Below are positions 1 to 9,995 of a stretch of DNA of 64,000 nucleotides, piece by piece. Under the pieces are notes generated by a model that was not told the origin of the DNA, did no database searches, and saw only the letters and a program-made list of their open reading frames with translations. Both the position numbers and the translations under genes were made by a program. The number at the start of each line of letters is the position of its first letter. Position 1 is the first letter of the stretch. Origin of the DNA: Candidatus Bathyarchaeota archaeon (GTDB lineage: Archaea; Thermoproteota; Bathyarchaeia; Bathyarchaeales; Bathycorpusculaceae). The stretch is from contig CAVYXJ010000010.1 in assembly GCA_963772455.1 (NCBI GenBank), forward strand, positions 256,001 through 320,000, in the 5' to 3' direction.

Positions 1-19
1 GGTTACGGCGTCTTTTCTT

Positions 20-238
20 TTGGGAATAATTCCGTTGCTAAGAATATTGTGGATTGTTTCAGGATTAACTCTTCTGGGAATGTTTGTTTACTTTGTTTAT
101 TCAGCGGTGAAAATATCTGTTAAATTTCACGATTGGACTTCAATGCGGTTAATTGTGCTTTATTTTGTGCGGTCGGTAGCGTGGTTTGTTGGTGCAGTTA
201 TAACCACGGCAAGATATCTGACGGGGAAGGACAGGTAA
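20..238 (+). CDS. Small membrane protein, possibly the 3' part of a gene starting before the window
   Basis: Two hydrophobic segments; the stop abuts the ATG of the next gene. Confidence 0.45.
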   Translation: MGIIPLLRILWIVSGLTLLGMFVYFVYSAVKISVKFHDWTSMRLIVLYFVRSVAWFVGAVITTARYLTGKDR

Positions 239-1435
239 ATGACGCATAAAGTCTGCTTCATCACGCCTGAGTACTGGCCGCTCTCTGGCGGAACAGGTGC
301 GTACGTTTACTACCTCTCAAACGAACTCATGAAGAACGGCTACAGAATCCAAATCGTCACGGGGTCAAATCAAACCCAAGACATCCAAGTCAATCCACAG
401 CTCGACGTTTCTTTCCTGAAAATCCCCAAGATCCCAGTCGTTAAATCTTTTATGCTTGCAGCCGCCAGCAGTCGCAAACTAAGCAGTATTCGCAGCACGG
501 CCAATGTGGACATTACTCATCCACAGTTGCCCTTAACGCCCAACTTTGCAGTTCCGCCCAGCTTCGGCAAAGCCCTCATCTGCACTGTTCACTCCACATG
601 GAAAGGCGAAGCTGAAGCCATCCGCGGCGAACCCTACAGCCGCCTCAACGCGAACGAAAAGTTCCTTGTAAGTTTTAATTGGTTTTTGCGGTTCTTCGAA
701 GAAGGTATGCTTTCAAGGGCACGCAAGATTATTGCTGTTAGCAACTTCACGAAATGGGAGCTCACAAACTACTACAAGATTCCGGCCCACAAAATTCAAG
801 TTATCCACAACGGCGTGGACATTAAAAAGTTCCAGCCAGCCGTCGACAAAAGAAAAGTCAAGGTGGCGATGGGGCTTAACCCCGATGACTTAGCCATTGT
901 CTCGGTTGGGCGTCTTTATGCCCGTAAAGGGCTCTTTACCCTAATCGAATCCATGCCCGATGTCATCAAGAAGTTTCCTAAAGCCAAATTCATCGTCAGC
1001 GGCAAAGGACAAAGCGATGAAATGCACAAACTCAACGCTTACGCTGAGCGTTTAGGAGTCAGAGGCAACATTGTCTTCACAGGTTACACTCCCGATCGAG
1101 AATTGCCAAAACTCTACCAAGCTGCAGACGTTTTCGCTTTTAGCACCTTCTATGAGCATCACCCGTTTGCCGTGTTGGAAGCATTGGCAACAGGCTTGCC
1201 TGTGGTCACCACCACCGTGGGGGGTATTCCCGAAACTATCGACAGCGGTAAAAACGGTTATCTGGTTGAGCCTTTTAACCCGCGGCAATTTAGTGAAAAA
1301 ATCCTGCGCTTACTCGAGAATCCCGCTGAGGCACAAGAGATGGGTAAAAAAGCGCGGCAGACCGTGGAGCAGCAGTTGGATTGGCGTATTGTAGTTAAAG
1401 AAGCCATGAAGGTTTATGATAAAGTGCTAGAATAA
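239..1435 (+). CDS. Glycosyltransferase family 4 (GT-B)
   Basis: PEYWPLSGG N-terminus, IHNGVD, VGRL..RKG, LEALATGLPVV motifs. Confidence 0.93.
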   Translation: MTHKVCFITPEYWPLSGGTGAYVYYLSNELMKNGYRIQIVTGSNQTQDIQVNPQLDVSFLKIPKIPVVKSFMLAAASSRKLSSIRSTANVDITHPQLPLTPNFAVPPSFGKALICTVHSTWKGEAEAIRGEPYSRLNANEKFLVSFNWFLRFFEEGMLSRARKIIAVSNFTKWELTNYYKIPAHKIQVIHNGVDIKKFQPAVDKRKVKVAMGLNPDDLAIVSVGRLYARKGLFTLIESMPDVIKKFPKAKFIVSGKGQSDEMHKLNAYAERLGVRGNIVFTGYTPDRELPKLYQAADVFAFSTFYEHHPFAVLEALATGLPVVTTTVGGIPETIDSGKNGYLVEPFNPRQFSEKILRLLENPAEAQEMGKKARQTVEQQLDWRIVVKEAMKVYDKVLE

Positions 1436-1536
1436 TCCTAAGTTCCGGCAGACCAGACACTGACAGAATTGACAAAAGCATGTTAATAATGTTTAAGGGC
1501 ATTCTTCCTGCTTTGATAGCCGGTTGGTTATTTCGT

Positions 1537-2115
1537 TTGAGGGGTAAGTTATGGTCAATCGAGCAAGAGCGGCAACTTCGAAAGCTCGTCGCAGAGGGAG
1601 TTGGTATTGCCGAGATTTCTAATGTTATGGGTAAGACGCGTGTTTCTGTGAGGTCTAAAATGTACCATTTAGGTTTGACTGTAGTTGATGCAGCAGCAGT
1701 TTCCCCGACTGTTGCTGTATCAGTTGCATCAATTGCATCAGTTGCATCAACTCCTGAACCCATTATCGACCATGCACCCCTTGATCATGTCCCCTCTCAG
1801 GTTCCAATTATAGACCATCAACCCACTGTTAGCTCTGCATCTGCGCCTTGTCATAGTGAGGTTGACGCCGTTGCAGCTCAAGTCAAGGAGAATGCACCTT
1901 TGCCTACCATTGAGGAGCAGCTTCATGTTTTGAACGCTGCGATACTAGAATTGCGAAGGCCAGGTATTAGCCGGGCTGAAGTTGCAAGGAACTCAAAGAT
2001 TATTGATGGCGTAAAAGTCTACAATGAACTTTTCGCTAAATTTGTCGATTACCGAGGGCTCGAAACTAAAGTCTTGGAGTTAGAAAAACGGCTTGCCAAC
2101 GAAAAAAACCCGTAA
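1537..2115 (+). CDS. HTH protein, putative terminase small subunit
   Basis: N-terminal W..EQERQLRKL...IAEISNVMGKT..SVRSK HTH, low-complexity linker, C-terminal coiled coil; overlaps the large terminase start; TTG 1537 chosen as start. Confidence 0.6.
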   Translation: MRGKLWSIEQERQLRKLVAEGVGIAEISNVMGKTRVSVRSKMYHLGLTVVDAAAVSPTVAVSVASIASVASTPEPIIDHAPLDHVPSQVPIIDHQPTVSSASAPCHSEVDAVAAQVKENAPLPTIEEQLHVLNAAILELRRPGISRAEVARNSKIIDGVKVYNELFAKFVDYRGLETKVLELEKRLANEKNP

Positions 2116-3553
2116 TGTGCAGAGTCGTCGCAGATTCAACGCCAAAGAGATCCAAGCGCACTGGCAAAACCTGGACGAAGCATACAGAATTCGCCAGCAA
2201 GCCACACACGCAAAAATCGAAGCAGTTAAGGGTGACACGGCAGCGTTCTTCCAGCAAATCTGCCGCCTAAAATCCTTCAGCTACCAGTTGGAACTCGCAA
2301 AACTGTACCGTGAAAACCAGTTTTTGGCAGTTAGGTGGCCAAGGCAGACAGGCAAGAGCACTTCAATCGGTGGGTTGCTTTTGCAGGATGCCTACGAGAA
2401 CCCTGATCTAAACATTGGTTTTATTGGTCCAAGTTGGCGCCAAACTAAACGGAATCTTCGGCTGGTAGCGGGTTTTTGCCGCAACCTTCCCCAAGGAAGC
2501 TGCCATATCCAGAAAACCAGAATTAGCTTCAAAAATGGCTCAGTCATCGAAGCCTTCCCTAATAATTCTGATACAATCAGGGGCAACACATTTCATCGAC
2601 TTTGGTGGGATGAAACCAATTTTACAGCAGGAGATGAAGACCTCTACGACGCCATCCTATTTACTTTGACCACTACAAACGGCAAGTTAATAGCGAGTAG
2701 CACACCGTTTAATCGTGATTCACTATTCTGGAAAATGTGTAACCACAAGAACTATGCAGATTTTGTTAAGCAACATTTCAGCTGGGAGAAAGCTCTGGAT
2801 CCTTTGGGACCTTTGTATCCTGAGATGGTTGAACGCATCCGTAGGCAGTTTGGGGATGACCCTGCCAGGTGGCGCCGGGAGATGGAGGCTGAGTGGTCAG
2901 AGGACGAAGATGTCTGGTTGCACCAGAGCCTGATTGTTTCTTGTATTGGCACTTCCCAAAACTGTGGAGTTGACCTTGAAGCATTCGATCCGGAAAAAAA
3001 TTATCGTGGCAATTTTTTTGGAGGCTTAGATCTGGCTCAGACACGTGACTTTTGCGTATTTAGCGTAATAGAAAACCTCAACGGCAAACTGTATCTGCGG
3101 TTTTTGAAGATTTTTCATCAACCTACCACATATGCGCATGTTTTGGGATTTATCAAGCAGATTCAAGATCGCTTTGGCGGTTTTGACAAAATCCGTGTTG
3201 ATTATACGCGTGAAGGACCAAGCATCATCGCTGATATGGTAAATTCTGGCATAGATAACGCTGAAGGTGTAACCTTTAGTGTGCCACGAAAAAGCGAGAT
3301 GGCAAGTTTGCTAAAGCAGCGAATGTCAAACAACAAGTTTTTCTATCCACTTCTAAATTGGGAAAAACCCTATCGAGGAGACATCTGCACCGAGTTAAAC
3401 ATTGAACGCTTCGACTTACGCAAAGACGGCACCATAGGCTACTCACACCCCAATGGCACCCACGACGATGTCTTTTGGAGCATAGCATTAGCCGTATACG
3501 CAACAACCGACATGGCACCAGAACAATTCTTAACAGTAATTCCCCGAAGCTGA
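2093..3553 (+). CDS. Terminase large subunit (Terminase_6-like ATPase plus RNase H-like nuclease)
   Basis: Walker A PRQTGKS, Walker B LWWDE, motif C SSTP, nuclease GLDLA and HDD motifs. Confidence 0.9.
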   Translation: MPTKKTRNVQSRRRFNAKEIQAHWQNLDEAYRIRQQATHAKIEAVKGDTAAFFQQICRLKSFSYQLELAKLYRENQFLAVRWPRQTGKSTSIGGLLLQDAYENPDLNIGFIGPSWRQTKRNLRLVAGFCRNLPQGSCHIQKTRISFKNGSVIEAFPNNSDTIRGNTFHRLWWDETNFTAGDEDLYDAILFTLTTTNGKLIASSTPFNRDSLFWKMCNHKNYADFVKQHFSWEKALDPLGPLYPEMVERIRRQFGDDPARWRREMEAEWSEDEDVWLHQSLIVSCIGTSQNCGVDLEAFDPEKNYRGNFFGGLDLAQTRDFCVFSVIENLNGKLYLRFLKIFHQPTTYAHVLGFIKQIQDRFGGFDKIRVDYTREGPSIIADMVNSGIDNAEGVTFSVPRKSEMASLLKQRMSNNKFFYPLLNWEKPYRGDICTELNIERFDLRKDGTIGYSHPNGTHDDVFWSIALAVYATTDMAPEQFLTVIPRS

Positions 3554-3574
3554 GGACTAAGTTAAGGCTAATTA
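3290..3574 (+). repeat. Direct repeat copy 1: terminase 3' end plus about 20 bp downstream
   Basis: Aligns with 4550-4833; coding part is ungapped at offset 1260. Confidence 0.9.
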
Positions 3575-3732
3575 TTTGGGGTTGGGGCGCCCGTGATACT
3601 AAAAAGTCTTGATAGCTAAATTCTTGCTTACTGATGACCTCTGATACTCTCTTGCATTAAATGAACTCAAATTTCTAACTAGCGATAAAGAATTTGAGAG
3701 GGCTAGTCAGTGTTGAATATTAAGAGACGGTT

Positions 3733-4188
3733 TCATGCTTTCATTTTTCTTGAAGTATCTTTAGGTATCGGATTTTCTAGTATGAGATCGCGCTCTTTGC
3801 AAAGTCTTTCAATATGATGGTCGTTGCTTATGATTACTGATATTTCGTTGATTTCTGCTGTCGCAATCAGGTTTGCATCAAAAGACCTGACCTTGTGAAC
3901 TTTGGCTATCTCCAAGGCTTTTCGGGCGATATCCACAGTTAATGGTAAGAACCTTATTTTTGCGCTTCTTGTTAACCCATCAAGCTTGTATGCGGCTTCC
4001 TCTCTTTCCACCTGATAATCTCCTACGAGGGCATGAAAAGTCTCCAGTAAACTAGTAGTGGCGATTGCTACTCTTGTTTTTCCATGTACGGCACTCTGCA
4101 GAAGCGGCCAACAATATGGGTGAGCATCGTGTTTCTCGAAGAGAGCGTAGGTAAGTATGTCTGCGTCGAGTATTCTCATCGTTTCCAT
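3733..4188 (-). CDS. vapC: PIN-domain toxin (VapC family)
   Basis: ILDADIL, LLETF, SFDANLIATA, ISNDHH acidic PIN residues. Confidence 0.88.
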   Translation of the reverse strand: METMRILDADILTYALFEKHDAHPYCWPLLQSAVHGKTRVAIATTSLLETFHALVGDYQVEREEAAYKLDGLTRSAKIRFLPLTVDIARKALEIAKVHKVRSFDANLIATAEINEISVIISNDHHIERLCKERDLILENPIPKDTSRKMKA

Positions 4189-4412
4189 GCCTTCTCCCTT
4201 GAGAAAGCCTTCTTTCCTGATTCAGGATTTCCTGTTTTGCAGGGCTCTCTTAGAGAACGGATTGCCGAGTCGTCTTCATCGGTCAATGGAATTAGTTCAA
4301 TAGTATTTTCTCGAGCTACTAATTCCAGTTTGCAATCATCTGAAAGGCCATACTTTTCTCTGACTTCTTTTGGTATAACTATTCGTCCTTGTTTGTCAAT
4401 TGCAACTTCCAA
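4176..4412 (-). CDS. AbrB/MazE/SpoVT-family antitoxin
   Basis: IDKQGRIVIPKEVREKYGL signature; overlaps the toxin start. Confidence 0.9.
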   Translation of the reverse strand: MEVAIDKQGRIVIPKEVREKYGLSDDCKLELVARENTIELIPLTDEDDSAIRSLREPCKTGNPESGKKAFSREKAWKR

Positions 4413-4549
4413 GTGGAATCACCATTTACCATTACCACTATTCTTGGATATAGCTTTTAACCTTTACTGTAGACGGAAATCGCGCCCTTCGCAAAGTCGT
4501 AGGAAATGGTGATCGTTGCTTGGAGTTATGGCTTCATTGTATCTCTAGC

Positions 4550-4833
4550 AAAAGCGAAATGGCAAGCCTACTAAAACAACGCATGCAAAACCAACAATTC
4601 CGCTTTCCCCTGCTCACTTGGGAGAAGCCCTACCGAAGCGACATATGCAGTGAACTCAACGTTGAAAAATACCAACTTCGCAAAGATGGCAACATAGGAT
4701 ACAGCCACCCCAACGGCACCCACGACGACGTCTTCTGGAGCATAGCATTAGCCGTATACGCAACAACAGACATGGCGCCTGAACCTTTCTTAACAGTAGT
4801 TCCCCGAAGCTAAGACTAAGTCAGGGCTAATTA
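4550..4833 (+). pseudogene. Second, diverged copy of the terminase large subunit C-terminus (about 87 codons); direct repeat copy 2
   Basis: KSEMASLLKQRM...HPNGTHDDVFWSIALAVYATTDMAPE..LTV.PRS matches the end of 2093..3553; no homology upstream of 4550. Confidence 0.88.
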
Positions 4834-4844
4834 CCTGCGTTAGT

Positions 4845-4871
4845 TGGGCTGCTGGGATTTGAACCTAGGAC
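4845..4871 (-). pseudogene. Degenerate tRNA 3'-end fragment (possible att scar)
   Basis: Minus strand reads GTC-CTAGG-TTCAAAT-CCCAG-CAGCCCA: T-loop consensus with a 4/5 paired T-stem; no 5' half. Confidence 0.5.
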
Positions 4872-6715
4872 AATTGAGGCTGACTCTCTGTCAACATCGG
4901 TTCCACGTCCGCCCATGGCAATTCATATATTTGCGGATTTTAAGGCTGGTGCATCATTGACTCCATCACCTGTCATTGCAACAACTTCGCCACTGGCTTT
5001 GAATGCATTGACTATTCGTAACTTTTGTTCTAGGACAACACGTGCAAAGATGTTTACTGTTTTGCATTTTGATTTTAACTCTTCATCGCTCATTAATTCA
5101 AGCTGAGGTCCAGTGATGCAATTCTCGGGAGATCTTAACCCTATTTGACGACCAATATTCTGCGTAGTTAATGGGTAATCTCCAGTAATCATAACTACTC
5201 GAATACCTGCGGCATAACATTCTTTCACTGCGCTGTCTACATTGGGTCGTACAGGATCAGCAAAACCTATGAGTCCTAGAAAGCTAAATTCAAAACCATG
5301 TTGTTCAATGGGTAATTCTGATTTTTTAAATGTGGCTTTTGCTACACCAAGTACCCTGAGGCCGTCTCCTGCTAATGTCTGAACGTTTTCGGACATTTGG
5401 TTAAGTTTTTTCTTGTCAAAGTGACAAAGATCCGCTATTGCTTCTCGAGCACCTTTTGAGGCAATTATGTAGTCTTGTCCATTGGGTGAAACCCAAACGT
5501 TAGACATCGCAAGTAGTTTGTGGGAGAGGGGTACTCCTGTAGTAGTTTCCAATCATCATGGATATGTTCAGATGTTGCGAATTCGCCTTCTGTGAAGGTT
5601 CGGATAGCTTTTTCCATTGAGTCAAACGGATCTTCTTTACATGCTAGAACACTAAATTCCACTAATTCGTTGCAGAGATCAGGTGGTGATTTGGTGTCAA
5701 CCGGTATATTGTATATTTTATCCTCAGCTACAAACTTGCTTACTGACATTTTGTTTTGCGTTAAAGTTCCTGTTTTGTCAACGCACAAAACGGTTGCTCC
5801 GCCAAGATTCTCGATTGCATGTACTTGTCTAGTTAACACATTTTTCTTAGACATACGCCAGGCGCCTAAAGCTAGAAAAATTGTTAGAACAACAGGAAAC
5901 TCTTCCGGCAGAATTGCCATAGCTAACGTGATTCCAGCTAAGATGCCTTCAATCCAGTCAAAACGGGTCAATCCGTAAACAATTATAATTATTGTGCATA
6001 AAGTAAGACCGACCAAGGCACTGTTTCTAACAATATGGCTTATTTCCTTCTTTAGTCTGGTTTCATCTCTCTCAACTTTTTGGAGAACAGTTCCGATTTT
6101 TCCCATCTCAGTTCTTGGACCAGTGCTTTTGACTTCTGCAATAGCTTGACCTTGAATCACTACGGTGCCAGAATAAGCAAAGGGCAAATCGTCGCCCCCT
6201 GATCGATAAGTTTGTTGTTCACCCTTTCAGGCGACTTTTCTGACTGGAATTGATTCTCCCGTTAGAAGTGATTCATCGACCATTAAATTGTTGGATGAAA
6301 GCAAAAGACAGTCTGCTGGGACGCGATCCCCTTCTGATAGAACAATGGTATCTCCGAAAACCACGTCACGCCCGGGTATTCTTTTTTGTTCACCATCCCG
6401 GATTACTACCAATGCTCTTGGACTAGAAATATTTTTTAATGCATCGAGTGCTTTTTCGGTTTTTTGTTCTTGATAGACCGTTATGCCGATTATGACGAAT
6501 ACAAAGCTTAGGAGAACTGCGCCTTCTGTTACATCTCCTAATAGGAAATAAAAGCTACCGCTAGCGATTAGTAATATGAAAATTGGTTCTTTAAGGATAC
6601 TTAAGCCTATTCGGAAAATACTCCGTTTTCCCGAGGCAGGCAATTCATTATAACCTGTTTCTTTCAACCTGGTGGAAGCTTCGTTACTTGAAAGCCCAGT
6701 TATGGAATTATTTGT
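4866..6715 (-). pseudogene. Cation-transporting P-type ATPase (P2-like), disrupted and 3'-truncated
   Basis: LTGES, PEEFP, DKTGTLT, MITGD, TGDGVNDAPALK motifs; in-frame TGA at 6227 and 4923, frameshift near 5530, no start codon seen, C-terminal membrane domain missing. Confidence 0.9.
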
Positions 6716-6872
6716 TTAGATGTTAATAAGTTGGTAAATGGGACTGATCGTGTTTGTATTTCATGTTGTTTGCCGCTTGTTTTTTTCTTGAGTATGATTG
6801 GTTTTTAGTATCCAATGACAGTTTTGTTGTTATCTCACTGTCTAAGGCGCTGAACTCAACCATAGTTGTTGA

Positions 6873-7403
6873 TTACCCTGCCATCCCACATTTGGGACAT
6901 TTAATTAGTGCTTCATCAAAGACTTCGCGGCAAGATACGCATCTAATTTTTACTATGACCTCTTTTTTCAATTGTTCATGATAATTTCTTTGAGATGAAA
7001 ATATTTCATGCGCATCCATTTTTTGTTTTATTTCTTCAATAAGTTGATCATGATTCAATGAGGATTTTCTTTTAGAGATTACGTTTGAAAGTATCGACAT
7101 AACAATTTCTGCTCCTTCTCCGAAGTCACCTTCTTCGTTGGAGTTTTGTTCTTCGTCGTTTGATGGGTATTTCCATTCAATTGAAAATTCAGTTTTAGCT
7201 TGTAAGGCTACGAAGTAGAATTCGATTTCTCCTTTTTGCATAAAACTTTCTTTGTATTCTACAAGTAAATATGATGATTCAACTGATTTTTTGGTTTTTA
7301 GCTTCTTAAGTCCAATACTTGTCAATACGGTCTGAAGTTTTGAAAATGTTTCTTCAGTATTCTTGGAGGTAATGAACTTTTTTCGTATAGTGGATTGTGA
7401 CAT
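6873..7403 (-). CDS. Hypothetical protein with C-terminal zinc ribbon (paralog of 8686..9147)
   Basis: CVSC...CPKCG; GGTGA-like RBS upstream; shares a 95-bp identical block with the paralog. Confidence 0.75.
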   Translation of the reverse strand: MSQSTIRKKFITSKNTEETFSKLQTVLTSIGLKKLKTKKSVESSYLLVEYKESFMQKGEIEFYFVALQAKTEFSIEWKYPSNDEEQNSNEEGDFGEGAEIVMSILSNVISKRKSSLNHDQLIEEIKQKMDAHEIFSSQRNYHEQLKKEVIVKIRCVSCREVFDEALIKCPKCGMAG

Positions 7404-7463
7404 TTCAATTCACCAATGTACTTTTTTCTTCTTATCCTTGGTTGAGGGTATATGTAATAATTG

Positions 7464-7478
7464 CTCACTCGGAAGGAG
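7464..7478. promoter_or_regulatory. Putative operator CTCNNTCSGANNGAG, copy 1
   Basis: ctcactcggaaggag; gapped palindrome repeated at 9207 and 10291. Confidence 0.6.
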
Positions 7479-7645
7479 TCTTGCTTAAATCCATTCGAAG
7501 AACCTAATTTGATCAATTGGTAGGTGTCATTGTGTGTCATCTCGAAATAATCAAAATTAAGAGGCGAAATTTGTTCTAAGGTTACTTAATTCAATTCGGA
7601 ACCCATTCAAAGTAGAAGTGCGGCATTTTCACGGAGAAAATTGAT

Positions 7646-8584
7646 TTGACTGAAAATCAGAAAGAGTGGCGTTCACGCTCTAAAGAACAATCGTTAGCTT
7701 ATGGTGGACAAGCACTAATCGAAGGTGTAATGATACGATCCAAAACGCATTTGGTTTCCTGTGTAAGAAATCCTAAAAAAGAAATAGTGACCGATATAAA
7801 ACAAATAAATCCTATTTCGGATAAATATAGGATTTTAGGGTGGCCATTTTTTAGAGGTATGGTAAATATGGTTGAAAGCTTCTTCCTTGGCGTGAAAAGT
7901 TTGATGTTTTCAGCAAGCGCTGCCTTTGAAATTGAAGCCAAAGAAGGAAAAGAACCCGAAAAGATTCAGTTTGGCTGGATGGAAACTACTTTGCTTGTTT
8001 CCGGCGTTTTAGGCATAACAGCTATTTTCTTTTTGGTTCCCTTCCTTTTGTCTACTTGGCTAAAGCTATCTGGTATTGTTTTCAATTTAGTTGAAGCGAT
8101 CATACGTCTGGCTATGTTTGTAGCATACTTATCAGTTATTTCCTTGTGGGGGCAATACAAGCGAGTGTTGATGTATCATGGTGCAGAACATAAAGCAATA
8201 CATGCCCACGAAGCAGGGGCTACTATGGATGTTGAACATGTAAAGAAATACTCGCGACTTCATCCTAGATGCGGCACAAGTTTTCTCTTTATAGTATTAA
8301 TGATTAGCATCATCTTGTTCACTATATTGCCAAACCTCGGCTTTACAACCAATTTTGCGTATCGTCTGTTGCTAATCCCAGTTATCGCCGGAATTTCCTA
8401 TGAGTTGCTGCGATTAAGCGGGAAATATAAAGACTCACCCATTACAAAAATTTTAATCTCCCCTGGTTTAGCATTCCAAAGATTAACTACAAAAGAACCT
8501 TCCGACGATATGATAGAAGTGTCTATCAAAGCAGTTGTTGAAGTAAACAAACTGATTTGTTTGAGTTTGAAGGATAAAAAATAG
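7646..8584 (+). CDS. DUF1385 (YqhQ-like) membrane protein
   Basis: YGGQALIEGVMIR, YHGAEHK, HPRCGTSF, LTTKEP motifs. Confidence 0.92.
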   Translation: MTENQKEWRSRSKEQSLAYGGQALIEGVMIRSKTHLVSCVRNPKKEIVTDIKQINPISDKYRILGWPFFRGMVNMVESFFLGVKSLMFSASAAFEIEAKEGKEPEKIQFGWMETTLLVSGVLGITAIFFLVPFLLSTWLKLSGIVFNLVEAIIRLAMFVAYLSVISLWGQYKRVLMYHGAEHKAIHAHEAGATMDVEHVKKYSRLHPRCGTSFLFIVLMISIILFTILPNLGFTTNFAYRLLLIPVIAGISYELLRLSGKYKDSPITKILISPGLAFQRLTTKEPSDDMIEVSIKAVVEVNKLICLSLKDKK

Positions 8585-8685
8585 AAATAAGTGTAGTCGT
8601 ATGTGTGTTAAAACTTCAGAAGGGTGGAAATGTCTTCAGAACTCACGAGATTTTTCCTTTCCATAAATTCTTGTCTTTAACTATA

Positions 8686-9147
8686 TTAGATTCCACTAAA
8701 CCCGCACTTTGGGCATGTACCTAAGGTTTCCTCATAAGCTTCAAGGCAAGCTCGGCATTTAATTTTCACTGATTCATCTTTTTCGAATTGGTTATCTTCT
8801 AGATTTCTTGAAGAAAACAGCTCTGTGGAATTCATTTTAAGCCTAATTTCTTCTATTTCTTTACAACGAGTTTCTTCATCCTGAGAGGATTGCTTTTTTT
8901 TTGATGGGTAGCTCCAATCAATTGAAAATTCAGTTTTAGCTTGTAAGGCTACGAAGTAGAATTCGATTTCTCCTTTTTGCATAAAACTTTCTTTGTATTC
9001 TACAAGTAAATAGGATGGTTCAACGGATTTTTTGGTTTTAAGATTTTTCAGCCCAATGGTGGTTAGTACTTTCTTTGCTAGAAAAAAGGTTTCTTCAAGA
9101 TTCTTGGAAGTCAAGAAATTTTTTCTTATAGTAACTTGTGAAGACAA
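8686..9147 (-). CDS. Hypothetical protein with C-terminal zinc ribbon (paralog of 6873..7403)
   Basis: CRAC...CPKCG; direct similarity to the paralog. Confidence 0.75.
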   Translation of the reverse strand: MSSQVTIRKNFLTSKNLEETFFLAKKVLTTIGLKNLKTKKSVEPSYLLVEYKESFMQKGEIEFYFVALQAKTEFSIDWSYPSKKKQSSQDEETRCKEIEEIRLKMNSTELFSSRNLEDNQFEKDESVKIKCRACLEAYEETLGTCPKCGFSGI

Positions 9148-9206
9148 GGGAAATTCACCTATGTGGCCTCTTTTAATGCATTTGTATCAGCTATATGTAA
9201 TGATTG

Positions 9207-9221
9207 CTCACTCGGAAGGAG
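9207..9221. promoter_or_regulatory. Putative operator CTCNNTCSGANNGAG, copy 2
   Basis: ctcactcggaaggag, identical to copy 1, between divergent genes. Confidence 0.6.
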
Positions 9222-9323
9222 GTTGTCTTATATTCAATCAGGACTTATTTTTTGGTTTAAATACGGCTTAAGCTTCAACATTTGTTGGATTTGGAGATTT
9301 AGTCTAGTGAATCGTGAAAACTT

Positions 9324-9995
9324 ATGATGACAGAGGAGAAGGTAGCTTCAAAAATTGCAGAATTAATGGAGACCTTAGACCAAATCAAGAAATACAAAGC
9401 TGTCACAAAATCCTTGAAGAAATTCGGGGTTATAGTCGGAGGCTCGGTAACGGTCTTCTTTGCGATTTTGACATTGTTTGAGGTATTAGAATTTGAGCAT
9501 GTTCTAAATACAACTTCGTTTTTTGTTGTAGCTTTCTTGTCGCTGTTAATTCCGATTACTGGACTGTTCGGTGGGATGTTTTTTATGCGCAAACAAATCA
9601 ATTCAGTAAAAGAAGGGGAATGGAGGCAGGATGTTTCTAAGGGATTTTCCTCTAACCTAAAATTGTTAGTTGATATGAATTGGGATAGAACACTCCAAGA
9701 CATATCTAACGGACGACTTGGATATTCTATCTATGGGCTAATTAAGGTAGGAACGTACATAATTGTTACAGTTTCGGCATTTGAGCTTTTTTGGAACGGG
9801 CTTACCCTTGTTTTGTTTCAAAGTATAGTGTCTGCGGGTGCCATATTTTGGGGTTTGTTTGGGGTTTTGCTTGTGATTGTATTGTTAGCTAATGATCTTG
9901 TGAAGCGTTATAGAGAGTTGCGTGCATTAGATACGCTTGTTTGGGAATTGCGGTGGTTTAGCTTTGAGTTTGGGAGAGCAGAATTCCAAACCTGA
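9324..9995 (+). CDS. Hypothetical membrane protein (about 4 TM segments)
   Basis: Hydrophobic segments; overlaps the downstream regulator. Confidence 0.75.
   Translation: MMTEEKVASKIAELMETLDQIKKYKAVTKSLKKFGVIVGGSVTVFFAILTLFEVLEFEHVLNTTSFFVVAFLSLLIPITGLFGGMFFMRKQINSVKEGEWRQDVSKGFSSNLKLLVDMNWDRTLQDISNGRLGYSIYGLIKVGTYIIVTVSAFELFWNGLTLVLFQSIVSAGAIFWGLFGVLLVIVLLANDLVKRYRELRALDTLVWELRWFSFEFGRAEFQT

Noticed and set aside
1710-1820. ttgcatca x3 and IIDH repeats as a possible array
   Set aside because: In-frame low-complexity linker within the HTH gene; no spacers
3290-4833. Diversity-generating retroelement template/variable repeat pair
   Set aside because: Mismatches are not adenine-specific, many are synonymous, and there is no reverse transcriptase in the window
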